Shown: positions 43,049-56,115 of the stretch, in pieces
Layout of the letters: each line of letters starts with the position of its first letter
Numbering within the stretch: position 1 is the first letter of the stretch
DNA from: Octopus vulgaris
Lineage: Eukaryota
Direction: 5' to 3'
Length of the DNA: 64,000 nt
Assembly (NCBI GenBank): GCA_951406725.2
Contig: OX597819.1
Coordinates: 126,790,001 to 126,854,000, forward strand
Made by a program: the position numbers and the translations under genes
Notes under the pieces: generated by a model
What the model was told of the DNA's origin: nothing
Seen by the model: the letters and a program-made list of their open reading frames with translations, nothing else
Databases searched by the model: none

Positions 43049-43184
43049 CAGGTAACTGTATTACTTTTTATCCTGAAGATTGTTAATTTCGAAAACAACC
43101 CCTCTTCAAATAATAGGCCTAGAACGATTTTGAAGGTTATAAAAGTAACTGAAACTATAAATGTGGCGTTAGGGTCCTTTACCA

Positions 43185-43296
43185 TTTGCTATGCTGGGGC
43201 ACCTCCTTGAAGAATTTTAGTCGAATGAATCGACCCAGTACTTTTGTCTTTTTTTAAAGCCTGGTATTCATTCTATCGGTCACTTTTGCCGAACCG
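43185..43296 (-). mobile_element. Family-B SINE 3' fragment
   Basis: ATGCTGGGGCACC...TTCTATCGGTCACTTTTGCCGAACCG matches 11770-11870. Confidence 0.7.
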
Positions 43297-43536
43297 TTAG
43301 GTGTTTGTTACTTTCCCATAGCAATCAAAAATGAAAAAGAAGAATATTCTCTCTCTGGTTTCCATATAGTTACTGGACTTGGGTTTCAAATTAATTATCA
43401 CTACTGAGTGTACAAATACCAAAGAATTGTACGTACGCCGCCATATGTATATACAAAGGAATACAAAAAATGGGACAAGAACGCAAAACATCCAGACAGC
43501 TTATGTATAGGTGTGTGTGTGTATATATATATATAC

Positions 43537-43567
<31 letters not shown>

Positions 43568-43657
43568 AATATATATATACGTTAGGGTTCAGTAAAATAA
43601 TAAATTATTTTACTGAACCCTATTTTTATTTATATATATACATATACATTTAATACA

Positions 43658-43707
<50 letters not shown>

Positions 43708-43762
43708 TATATTAGTATATATATATATATATATATATATTTACACACACACACTTATATTA

Positions 43763-43794
<32 letters not shown>

Positions 43795-43843
43795 TAATAT
43801 AAGTGTGTGTGTGTAAATATATATATATATATATACTAATATA

Positions 43844-43896
<53 letters not shown>

Positions 43897-44090
43897 CTAT
43901 ATAGGTGTATACGTGTGTAAATATATATATATATATATATATACCTATATAGGTGTATACGTGTGTAAATATATATATATATATATATATACATGTATAT
44001 TTATATATACATTTACATGCGTATGTGCAACATACACATCATGTGTGTGTATAAATGTATAGACGTTTGAAATATATATGTCAATATATA

Positions 44091-44385
44091 TACGGAGTCT
44101 GATCAATAAATATCCGGACTGTTGCCATAATGAAGAATCTAAAGCATATGGAGTGAAGTCGCTTGTCAAAGATCGACTTTGAACTCGTCAATGCGACGAT
44201 CACACGCTACACACCTTCCTTCCAAGCACGGCTGTAAACAGCGAATGTGAGCGAGAACGTTAAATCTCAATGCACATGTACAACAGAGTTCAAGGTCAAT
44301 CTGTGTCAAGCGGTTTTACTCTGATTACTTTAGTTAGTATCGTTACTATGGTTACATTCCGGACACTTATTGGCCAGACCTCGTT
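44091..44385. mobile_element. Mariner-type MITE
   Basis: TIRs TACGGAGTCTGATCAATAAATATCCGGA vs TCCGGACACTTATTGGCCAGACCTCGT, in a TA context. Confidence 0.7.
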
Positions 44386-44426
44386 TATACCCACGCACAC
44401 CTATGTATAAATGCGTGCATATATGA

Positions 44427-44493
<67 letters not shown>

Positions 44494-44606
44494 TGTCTTG
44501 CAAACAACTTGCACATGCAAGTGCTACCAGTTCAAAGCTCCGTATACCGGAAGCTAGCAAGTGTATGGGGTCATCAGGAGAGAATGCGCGCCGTTTCGGG
44601 GCCTAC

Positions 44607-44649
<43 letters not shown>

Positions 44650-45214
44650 TATGCGTGTGTGTGTGTAGACAGACAGGGATAGATATATAGATAGATAGAT
44701 AGATACACTTAATATACATAAGTATTCAGAAGCCTACATGAATTTACAGAGGAGGAAAGAAAGCAAAAATTCACCTCTCTTCGAAAGATTAGGAAAAATG
44801 CTGCGTATAAGGACGTTGACACAGGAGGATTTCGTGATTGAATGACGTAATTCTGCAATTAAAACAGCGCTTATCAGTTAGTTAATAATAGGAACACACT
44901 AATTGCTCCCTATGTAGTGAAAGGGTGTAATTCCCACTGCTTGATATATTATTATGATTTGTTTTTGTACTCAAAAGTAGAGCCAAAAGCTGTTCGGCGC
45001 GAGACTCGCTACAATTTAGCATCTCAGGAGGTTTAACTTATCATCATTTATATTGTAGCCTGTACTTTAGAGTGATAGAATATTTTGAGGTCTTTGGTCA
45101 CTTTGACACATTAGAAATCGAGAAACCTATCATTAACGCCTACATTATACACACTCATACACATCTACCAACATAGAGATAGGTAGATTTGTACATACCT
45201 GCATTTGTCATCAA

Positions 45215-45570
45215 TGCTGGGTAATGACCGAAGAAGTCCGATCGCTAACAATAGCGACCGAAATATGGCACCTCTCAAGGATCTCTGGTGTAAGGTTACT
45301 CGACGGGGTGCGTTCTCGGAGATCAGAGTATCTCTCCAGGTGAAGCCGATACCTCTGTGCATTGAGGGGGTCATAGCTCTGATACTACGGACAAGAATAG
45401 GAAGGCGGATTGGGCTTGAAGAGTGAGATCGTTGGACAATATCCACAGACTCAGCTGGTCACCTTAGCGAATCCAACCGGAAGCTTATGACGGTTGCTTC
45501 TTGTAGGGCCCTTGAGGAATCTACTTCCTGACTCTCCCCTAAATAGAGGGCGGGGAAGTCAGTTGGATAA
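45215..45570 (-). mobile_element. Possible degraded LINE ORF2 C-terminal fragment
   Basis: GC-richer block. Minus frames give FRL..L and YSCP...H...YSDLRE, resembling the C-terminal zinc-knuckle region of LINEs. Confidence 0.35.
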
Positions 45571-46014
45571 ATATATTTGTCTATATTTTTGGCTGGCTAC
45601 TCTGTATTATTTCTCTTTGCTCATTTCTGTTAAAATAATGCAAATTACCTGGGACATAAATCTCTCCTACACATTTTAGCATCAGTTTAAATACCTTGGC
45701 TACTGAAAATAATTTCGAACAACTGTCGTGCTGATGATGGGTTTTGAGCCAGAAATACGTCTCCATGGCTCATCTTAACTCCAGACATTGAACATTCTTT
45801 TTTCCTTAAAGGCATGTCAAATTTGGGGATTATCACCGCTTTCCAAGTGTAGATGGTCTTTGTGACACAGCATCTAGTGGCAAAGTTACGTTAGATAAAT
45901 AAATATTTTATGTTCTGTAGAATTTGACACACCTGTATGTGTGAGCGTGTGTATGTATATTTAAATATAGATATCTAAATGGATCTGTCTGTCTGTCTCT
46001 CTCTCTCTCTCTAG

Positions 46015-46048
<34 letters not shown>

Positions 46049-47401
46049 ATATATATGTATGTATATATATATGTATGTATATATATATGTATGTATATAT
46101 ATATATATATATGTATGTATATATAAATATATGTATAAATATTATGTGCGCATATAGATATGTGTGTGTGTGTCTGTATATATATGTATGTATATATAAA
46201 TATATGTATAAATATGTATGTGCGCATATAGATATGTGTGTGTGTGTCTGTATATATATGTATGTATATACCTATATATATTGCCCCCTTTCTCTCTCCT
46301 CAGGGTACAACATTCTTTTCTGATGTTGTCTACATGTATTATATCATTTCTTAATTGCATTCCAAATCAGCGAAATGAAGTTTGATCAGTAATGACCACC
46401 GTCTAACCAGTTTTATTAGGCAAAGATTACCAAAAGTAATTGAAATAAAATATTTTAAAACTGCAGATAAATAAAAAATAATTGCTTCTGATTTACTGAA
46501 ATGTTGATGGATGTGGTTAGTTTATTTCATCGACGCTAGTACTCAAATAGTACTTAATTTCTCGACCCCCAAAACATAAATGGCTAAGTTGACCACGACA
46601 GGATTTGTATACGGGACAAGGAATCGCAGATGTACTGCGAAGAATTTTGTCAGACACCAATGGCTCTGCCAGAATAAAGAAAATCAAATAAAATCATTGA
46701 ATTAGAGTTTGATAGCCATTGTGAAATTTACTGTTACTTCGTCTCCATATCGGCCATGATGATACAGACCTTTGATGAAAGATATTCCAGCTGTGTTCAT
46801 CCCTTTTTTTTTATTTATTATTCCTTTGTCCCAATGTTCTTGTTTTCTTTTCTAAGACGGCAGGTTGTGATTCGAGGGAGATTTTGTAGCTACTTCTAGC
46901 TAGATGAACCGTTGCGTACAAGCTCCCTTTTCGAACCATTGTGAGGTTAGCGATTATAAATATTTAAAGAAATCATGTGTATAACAGTTTATCCGACGTT
47001 CATAGTTGAGAATTAATCTTAAGTAAAGAAGTAAAAAGATCAACTCCAGCAGTAAAAACTTTCTGAAATCTTTACGACAGTATCACGTGCAGGCAATTGT
47101 CTCTTTTTCTGACGTCCTTAAATCTACTTAGTCATAATAATCTTGGTTAACATTGTTAGACTGTTGCAAAGGATACAGAAATTAATCCATTTGATTGTTA
47201 CTTTAATACTCATCTGCTATTTTTTTCTCTTAATTATTTTGCATGTGTTCCGCTAGGTTCTAGTGTCATTCCAGTCAATTGATTATCTAGAAACATTGTT
47301 CAACATTTTTTTTCATTTATTTATTTTTAACTAACTATTATCTACTTATTTCGAGTAAATAAAACCACAACTAACATCAGCTTCTGAGCGAGCAGCAATT
47401 T

Positions 47402-47691
47402 GGAGGTACATGGCCAAGTGGTTAGAGCAGCGGACTCGCGGTCGAGGGATCGCGGGTTCGAATCTCAGAACGGGCGATGTGTGTGTTTATGAGCGAAAAC
47501 ACCTAAGCTCCACGCGGTTCCGGCAGAAGGTAATGGCGAAACTTCTGCTGCTCTTTTGCCACAACTTTCTCTCAATCTTTCCTCCTGCATCTTGCAGCTC
47601 ACCTGCGACGGATCGGCGTCCCGTCCACGTGGGGAACCTATACTATCCAAGGAAACCGGGAAACAGCCCCTTATGAGCCAGGAACAAAAAA
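47402..47691 (+). mobile_element. Family-C tRNA-derived SINE with V-domain-like segment and 13-bp TSD
   Basis: A box TGGCCAAGTGG, B box GGTTCGAATC, segment CCTGCGACGGATCGGCGTCCCGTCCA...GAAACCGGGA. TSD CGAGCAGCAATTT at 47389-47401 and 47692-47704. Confidence 0.88.
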
Positions 47692-49138
47692 CGAGCAGCA
47701 ATTTAGTTCACCTTTACTTCATTGCCACTATCAGTATCAGAGATCTCTGGAGCCAGGTTCTAATTGATCAATGAGCAGCCCAAGCACATTAGCAATGGAT
47801 TGTTTGTTAATATATGATGTGTATAGTTATTTCAAACATAAACGTTCCAAGTATCTGACTTCATTCAGGAAGCCATTTCTCGTTTTTGTTTAAGAAACAC
47901 GTATTTTACTCTGTTTAAGCTTGATTTCCATACTTTTCGCAAACCATTCGTTGCAAAAACCTGTACCTCGAAGGATTTATCTCCATTTTGTATGTAAAAT
48001 AATGGCGAAGTTTTATAATTTAAGATCGAGGAAACTAATCATAGTTTAACGACAGCAAAGAAAAAAAAGCAACAACAAAGAAATATGTGTTAAATAAAAC
48101 TTGTCAAATAAAAGCTGATGTGTCTTGGCCAAAGATGTGGCATGATGTTTCGAAAAGGGTCAGACATGAAGTATTATTGGCTAGAGACACACCCTTTTGA
48201 GAACGAATTATAGGAGTCCGAAAGAATATGTGGTTTGTGAGAGAAAAGTGGATTTAGGAAACCTCATAAATTCCGATAATCTTGTACAGCGTTGGGTGAT
48301 GAGAATAGTGACGTTTCAAAGAAAGTCCTTTGTCAGACAAAGGCAGCTTTAAAAGACCAGTTTAATTTCGCACGTGAAATATATCCGTTTTGACAATACA
48401 GTTTATAATTTCAATATATAGAATTAGGCTGAGAGAATTTAATATACAAGTCACCAGATCCACATTTTGCCATTATTTATAAAGGTAATGTCCGAGTGAA
48501 AATTTAAAATAAATATAGTCCTTACCACCCGCTTTCATAGTTTTTAACACATTCCTCATGGAGGCGATATTCATCCTCTGTTAAGTAGGAGGCCTGGAGA
48601 GAAACATTCATACTTTTCGTTATGTTATGTCTGAGCGATTATTTTAATGTTAAGAAAACGTTCACTTCAATCCACCGTCAGTTTGGAAGTTCATTTTCTC
48701 CATTTTTATTTAGTAAATGCATATTGCTATACTCACTTCTTGTGGCACTATTTACAAAATGGAAGTTTATACAACTCAGACAGTCAGAGAGAGAGAGGGG
48801 GAGGAAGAGAGAGAGCTTTCGACACCAATGAAATTAATCGCTAAACAACACAAAGTAAACAAGAAATAATAATAAATAAAGACAGGCAGAGACATAGATA
48901 AACGTTGTTTTCGTTTCCTAGAAATCTACGTTCGAGAACAAAAGAAAGAAAAAGAGCAATATAATTTTCACAATTGCACCTGTGCAGTGTGACGAAGAAA
49001 ACTTAATGTTAACCTATAGAAAACTAGGATTTGTGTACGTCTACTTAAACTTTCCAAACAATTAACTACACCAAGCAATCTTTCATTAGTCAGTCCAATT
49101 CCAGCAGTCTGGTTAGTCGGTCAAATTCTTCTACCACT

Positions 49139-49169
<31 letters not shown>

Positions 49170-49926
49170 CATCATTATTATTATTATTATTATTATTATC
49201 ATTATTATTATCATTATTATTCGGTCTTCTCATTTCAATAAACTTGGAATATTTTCGCCTTAGACAAGAGTTAATTTAAAACTTAATTCTAGCCATTACT
49301 ATTTCCTTCACTCTTCTATTAGTCGAATATTCGAGAATATTGTACTCATTTAAAGCTGATAATGCCTCTATTCTAGCCAAGGTATTTCAGGAATTCTATC
49401 TTTTGTTATTACTTTAGATTTATCTACTGAAGCATGAAGAATTAGTGACAAAGGATACTTAAAAAAAAAAAAATTATTATTCGCACTAAGAGTAGAGTTG
49501 TTGACTAAACGAGCTTTTGTTTCTATAGAAGTCCAGCAAGGTTTCTATATATAAGAATGGTATGGTTCTAGATACAAGCAAAACCTGATCAATGATGAAC
49601 AGTTTTAAATATGTTGTATTAATAGAGACTATTTTATGAATTCTACTCGTGAGACAAGATGTTTAACCCGTTCACTGGGTCCAGTATACGGTTTCCTTTG
49701 TTAATAAACATATGAGTGAACTGCATTTCACATACCTACAAGTATTGAACTTTATAAATTATTATTTGCTTTGTTAATCGAAATGCATTTTTGCCTAATA
49801 CAGCTACAAATCGATAACTTTTTATGGCTTTAGAAATCTTTTCTTTTCAGAAATCCACAAAATATCAGCAAATTAATTCTGAAACTTGTAAGCCAAGTTC
49901 CCTTTATTCTCTCTACCACCACCACC

Positions 49927-49961
<35 letters not shown>

Positions 49962-50051
49962 TGTATATATATATATATATGTATGTATATACATACACAT
50001 GTGTGTATATATATATATATATATGCATGTATATACACACACACATGTGTG

Positions 50052-50082
<31 letters not shown>

Positions 50083-50187
50083 ATATGTATGTATATACAC
50101 ACACACATGTGTATGTATGTATATATGTATGTATATACACACACACATGTGTGTGTATATATATATGTATGTATATACACACACACA

Positions 50188-50226
<39 letters not shown>

Positions 50227-50239
50227 ATACACACACACA

Positions 50240-50281
<42 letters not shown>
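49927..50281. repeat. Minisatellite of (TA)n-CACACATGTGTG palindromic units
   Basis: Direct reading. Confidence 0.9.
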
Positions 50282-50285
<4 letters not shown>

Positions 50286-51440
50286 TTGCTATCGCATATT
50301 AAGTTACGTAATCGCTGTGTCCAATGGTTGAGCACATTTTACGTTTGCCCATTATAAGAGAGAGAGAGAGTAACGTACAAATCGATTGATAAGTGTAGTT
50401 TATTTAATTTCTATTACTACGCTAATACTTAATATATATCAGTTTGATTTCTGTAGTTCCGATCGTGGCGCTCATTGAAATAGGTATATTAGGGGAGTAC
50501 AAATCACCAGTGTAAATGTCAACTGTATATTTGTTGAATGCTTCTTCAGCATATTATACTTGACACTGACGAGGGGTATATTAAGCCTTTGTAGTTGTTC
50601 CAGCATGTCGAAAAATTACACAGTGACTTATTAGAAAAGCTTGGAATTTTCTTAGTATGATTTAAAAGTTGTTTTGTCTATTTCCGAGAGAATTCTTTTC
50701 ACAGGGCAACATGTTGCTGGCTGTAGCCAATACAGAGAGAGAGGGAGAGAGAGATAGATAGGTAGAGAGAGAGAGACGAAGAGTGAAAGAAGAATTGTTC
50801 ACAATACTTCACTGCTTATTTCTCAACCTAAAAAGAGATGGGAAGCAATGTTGACCTCGGTTTCATTAAAAAAAAAACCCCCCAAAAAACACACAACTGG
50901 ACGCAGAATGTCGGAACGAATACCGCGAGAAATTCTAACCGATACTTTGGCGACTCTGCTAATACGCTGCCAGCCAAGATTATTAAAAGAAATTCATATT
51001 TCAATTCAATTCACTGATAGTGAGTCACCTGTCGTTTCATTTGATTGACGTGTAAAATACTGTTGAAACATTTGTATACCTAATAATCAAAAAATTCATA
51101 ACCAGATCTTTGGGCATGCGTTACCCAGAAATTTGAGTAAAATAACAAAGAGTTAGAGATACGTAAATAAAATTTCTAATTTTAGAATTGTATTTTCAAC
51201 CATTTCAAAGTTGATTATTGATATAGTTGTTATTGCATTACAATAATGAATAAATGGATAGACAGATAAATGCACTAAAGCAACTTTATGACTTTCGTAT
51301 TCGCTCCAAACTCTTTATTCGTTGACAATACAATTACGGGCAGACATTTTTCATATATAAAGAGACTCTTCAATGTTGTGCCCCAGTATACCCAAAGTCC
51401 AGTGAATGAAACTTAGTCGTGTGTGTTTAGAAATAGATAA

Positions 51441-51475
<35 letters not shown>

Positions 51476-52753
51476 CGGTTTAAGTAATTGAGATTCAAGT
51501 GAGTTCTAATGAATTCACATGAATATGGTCCTTAACTAGGATGCACCGGAAATCTATGTGGTGTTAACCATACGACAAAGTGGGGTGATTACAAATAGGA
51601 AAAAAGCAACAAGAATGGATCAATATATCGGTACAATTGTTTCGTACGAGGACATATGTATATATATATATATATATATGTATATATGCTTTTCTACATT
51701 ACATCCCTAAGACTGTGACTATGCTGGAGCAGCGGGGTAGGTAGACACATAGATGCAAAGAGTAAAAAGAAGGCAAATATAACAATAGTAACAACAAATA
51801 TTCTAATCAATTATAATCTGTGCACCATGATGAATACATACACACTGTTAGACGGAATCATTTAGCATGCTGTACAGAAGACAATTTTCATCCAGTACTG
51901 TTTCGGTACCAGTTTTATTCGCCGTTGTCTATCAATATCAACGACCGAATTTCGATTAAGTAGGCAACAGTCTTTGGCCAGAAAGGCTAAACGCGTCTTT
52001 CGTTCAAGTGAGTCCCTGCCACAAAGTTGTTCGTTTCACTGCGATATATTTTAGGTTTTTAACACAGCAAGTCTATGGAAGAGATTTTATCTCAGACAAT
52101 TCCGCAATATCATGCATTCTAACAATGTTTGTATATTTCGTATGATACACAGATGGCGATAATAACTTAATGCGCTTTCAAATACGTATATCAAGTTTAT
52201 ACTAGTGAATATTTTCTAAAACGGGTGCTACCTAATTTCTTTATTTATAAGTCCGCTTTCTCTCTCTCGTTCTGTAACTCTCTTTCTTTCTTAGTACCTT
52301 ATTCCATTTTCTCGTTCCTTTGATGTCCCTTAGAAGTCCTTCAAGATAAATTACATTCTAAGTAGGGCTGACATTTTTCCTTTTGTGTCAACTTCTTGTA
52401 GATTAGTCCCTCAAGAACACTCATACACACATAATTAAAATGGTTTCTATATATTTGTGGAAGAGTGTTTATAACTGCGTTTATTTGAATGTATCACACA
52501 CATACACTCCCTCTCTCTTTCTCTCTCTCTCCCTAGATAGAAAGAGGTAGAGAGAGAGTGGGTTCGACATACATGCATGCATTATAGAGTGAGCGAGTAT
52601 TGGATACAGATTTTCTCTTAGCCTCACAAAATGCTTTGAAGCTTTCAATATACTGAGATTAGGGGTAAAGGAAATTAAACACACACACATATACGCACAA
52701 CAGAATGGAGTGCATGAGTGTGTGCAAATATGCATGTATACATACACATATAC

Positions 52754-52794
<41 letters not shown>

Positions 52795-52929
52795 TATATG
52801 TAGTTTAGTACACACAGTATATATATATATATATAAAGTTGCATTATATTTAGGATGAATAAAAAACAGTACTCCATCCAGTGACTGTACACATTATTTA
52901 AATAATAGTTTCATGCCATGGAGACATGA

Positions 52930-52978
<49 letters not shown>

Positions 52979-53304
52979 GTCTGTCAATCCATCTATCTAC
53001 CCTATGTCTCTCTCTCTCTATATATATACATAAAGTGTATACCTGCGTATGTATATCCTTTATTTTGATATTGAATAAACTGTATGACAATAATTTCAAC
53101 ATTCTACAGTCAATTTAGCAACGAAATAATGTAGTAGTAGTAGTCGTAGTAGTAGTAGTTGTTGTAGTTGTAGTTATGGTTTATATATTTTCTACTGAAA
53201 TTCTGCGATTTGACCATCTCGTTATCAAATCCATGCTTTTAATCGGCCAGTGTTAGATTCGAACGCTCACACGTGAAGTAACAACAAACAATACTGAAAT
53301 AGCC

Positions 53305-53510
53305 TAAATAAGCCGATGAGGAAACCTCTACCTGGTAACACGGCCTGTTAGAAATGACTGTCATATCTTCATCAAACCACATCATACCGTCTTCAACAAA
53401 TAAAAAGAAGGTCGCACACTGAACTCATATACAATATACGAAGAAATAAAGGCGGGATGGTTAACTGGAATACAGTTGGTCCTAAGACCATTGACTCACA
53501 GAATAAATCA
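53305..53510 (+). repeat. Copy of old dispersed repeat family D (other copies ~13480-13580 +, 17130-17335 -, 20185-20330 +, 29130-29260 +, 34995-35235 -, 46750-46935 -, 55310-55410 -, 56880-56980 -, 62700-62955 -)
   Basis: Shared degenerate core CCTCTACGTGGT..CTCGACCTGCTAGAAAT.GCAGCC..ATCTCCCTCAAATCACA and end GATGG..ACGGCTGGAAT...CTAAACAACA, aligned by eye. Confidence 0.55.
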
Positions 53511-53816
53511 AAACTTTTAGTTGTATGAAATCTCTACTGCCTATGGTCTGTCTCTTTCTTTTAAATTCATTCAAGGCAGAGATTAGCAAAAGATTAAACA
53601 TAATATAATATAGATTTATATATCTCGCTGTTTGGTTTTCAACATGACATATATAAGAGGCTTTATCTTGGACGGAGACAGCATCATCAGTCTGTCAACG
53701 GTGTATATTCGTTACGTATAATACAAAAGTGGCTATTTTATTTTAATTTTGTAATTTATTTGATTTTTAATTTTTCTCTTCTCTACTTCTCTTTTCACAG
53801 CGGAATTTTCTATACT

Positions 53817-53902
<86 letters not shown>

Positions 53903-53950
53903 ATTTGAGTACTCTTTTTCCACCTTGTTTCACATTTATGTGTTTACTCC

Positions 53951-53988
<38 letters not shown>

Positions 53989-54139
53989 TGTCTGTCAGTC
54001 TATATATGTGTGTGTGTATATGTGTTTATGTATGCATTTATGTATATCTTTATTTGCATGTTTGTATATTTCTTTTTTGTGTGCATATATCTACTTGTTT
54101 GCATCATTGTTATAAAGTTTCTTATTCCTTTTTCTTCAG

Positions 54140-54337
54140 ATATTATGAAACAGGCTCAATAAAGCCGGGTGTGATAGGTGGTTCCAAGCCGAAGGTAGCA
54201 ACGCCAAAAGTTGTTGAAGCTATTGCTCGTTACAAACAGGAAAATCCTACAATGTTTGCATGGGAAATCAGAGACCGATTGTTGTCAGAGAATATTTGCA
54301 GCCAAGATAACGTACCGAGTGTCAGTTCGATTAACAG
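54140..54337 (+). CDS. Pax2/5/8: Pax2/5/8 coding exon, paired-domain linker and RED subdomain: (R)[65 protein letters not shown](R)
   Basis: Acceptor ttttcttcAG at 54138-39 and donor AG|GTAAAT at 54338. 198 bp, phase 2/2, in frame with the previous exon. [14 protein letters not shown] and VPSVSSINR are Pax2/5/8-type. Confidence 0.97.
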
Positions 54338-54348
54338 GTAAATATCGA

Positions 54349-54504
54349 TTTCAAATTTTGGTACAAGTCCAGAAGTTTCCGGGGAGGGGATAAGTCGAGT
54401 ACGTCGACCTCAGTACTCAACTACCAAAGTTGTGTTCGGCGGAATTTGCGCACAGAACGCGAAACATTTCGCCCAGCGAGCTGACGATTCTATCCCTCGC
54501 TGCC
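54349..54504 (-). mobile_element. Family-A SINE inserted 11 bp downstream of the exon donor; its TSD spans the exon/intron junction
   Basis: Tail TTTCAAATTTTGGTACAAG, degraded body, head remnant GACGATTCTATCCCTCGCTGCC. Direct repeat at 54327-54348 and 54505-54526. Confidence 0.8.
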
Positions 54505-54924
54505 TCGATTAACAGGTACATATTGATTAACAGGTACATATTGAAAACACAATGGTGATATTGTAAACACCATACGCACCAACATTCATTCATTCATTCT
54601 CTCTCTCTCTCTCTCTCTCTCATTCTCTCTCTCATTCGTTCATTTGTCCTTTCGCTCTATGTTCGTATTTCCATGCTTGCATGCGAAAGATGTATACGTT
54701 ATTTGAGGCTTCGCTTTACAGACCGTTTGTGATACTAATCCTAGCCTGTTTTTGTATTTTAGCTGTTTACACAAACAGTTTGTGGACAGGATGAATTAAC
54801 ATCATCGCCGGCACTCTTCTACAAGTGGTTACCGATATAAAGAAACATATACACATACGTATGAACATAGACGTACACGCGCCCACATTTTCGAATCCAC
54901 TCACATATGTATATATGTATATAG

Positions 54925-55085
54925 GGAGAGTTTACGAAAAAAAAAATCAAAAGACGAAGACAGGTGGTGTACAAAACAAACAAATGTATTAGTATAACGC
55001 TCAGGAATAGAAGAAGTCTTTTACGTTTCGAGCCTACGCTCTTCTACAGAAAGGGACACAGGAAAAAACAAGGAGAGAAACAAAT
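54925..55085 (-). mobile_element. Penelope-like terminal-repeat fragment with minimal hammerhead motif
   Basis: Minus strand 55053-55018 reads CTTT-CTGTAGA-A-GAGC-GTAG-GCTC-GAAA-CG-TA-AAAG. Confidence 0.6.
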
Positions 55086-55782
55086 ATATTTGTATATATA
55101 TGTGAATGTGTATAGTTGTCTATTTCTTTACAGACTGCAAAATCCTTAAAAGAAAGATTAAGGGGACCTTTAATTAGTCTAAAGATGAATCTATACAACT
55201 TAAACATCATTATGATGTAATCGGACATCCCTGTTTACAATAATTTTGATTATCTTTGATTATCTCGTTGTTTTTACTATATTTAGGGACCCGAGAACCA
55301 AGTTATCTAATGTGTTCTTTTGGGGCAGTATGATGTAATTTGAAGAGGAAAATTGGCTGTTATTTGCAGTGCGTCTAAGTGGCTAAATAATGGTGCCCTT
55401 GTTGACCCACTGTATAAGGAATGGCTGAACACCGAATAATATTTAGTTCCAGAATCAATGAAACAAATACTCCTTATGTACTCATTCCGATATGTGGCTA
55501 CAATATGGATGTGTGCCAAGCAAAAAAATCCTCATCATTCGTAAATCTTCCTTTGCGTTGCTGAATTATGTTGCTATTGCATTTGTGCCAAAACTGAAAT
55601 ACGAAAACGAAACGAAACTAAAATCATTCTTATTAGATAACATTGTGTACTCCTGAGTGACAAAAAAAAAAAAATTATACGCCCCTCCCGCCCCCTGATT
55701 TTGGTATGGTAGTCTCCAGAGTGTGGTAAAATATTTTCTTGTCATAATATATGTTCGAGTATATTACGTTCATATATATCTG

Positions 55783-55901
55783 TGTATATATATATATATA
55801 TATACATATGAATATATATGTAGATATACTCACACATATACATGTATGTATATATCTATGTACATATACATAAGTACACATTTATGTACATAATATATAC
55901 A

Positions 55902-55958
<57 letters not shown>

Positions 55959-56054
55959 GAATATATATGTAGATATACTCACACATATACATGTATGTAT
56001 ATATCTATGTACATATACATAAGTACACATTTATGTACATAATATATACAAGTA

Positions 56055-56100
<46 letters not shown>
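55783..56100. repeat. Tandem duplication of a ~149-bp TA-rich unit
   Basis: CATATGAATATATATGTAGATATACTCACAC...ACAAGTATGTGTG occurs twice, which gives the near-duplicate ORFs at 55842 and 55991. Confidence 0.9.

Positions 56101-56115
<15 letters not shown>

Larger units (their letters stand above)
37906..54139 (+). other. Pax2/5/8 intron (~16.2 kb) splitting the paired box
   Basis: GT...AG between two phase-compatible exons. The intron position (KILGR|YYETG) is conserved in Pax2/5/8 genes. Confidence 0.9.

Noticed and set aside
45731-45762. CTGATGA...GAAA hammerhead-like match
   Set aside because: Stem II is mismatched with an extra base before GAAA, and there is no convincing stem I or III.
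47402-47475. tRNA gene
   Set aside because: A and B boxes are present but there is no proper acceptor stem, and it continues into a SINE body bounded by a TSD.
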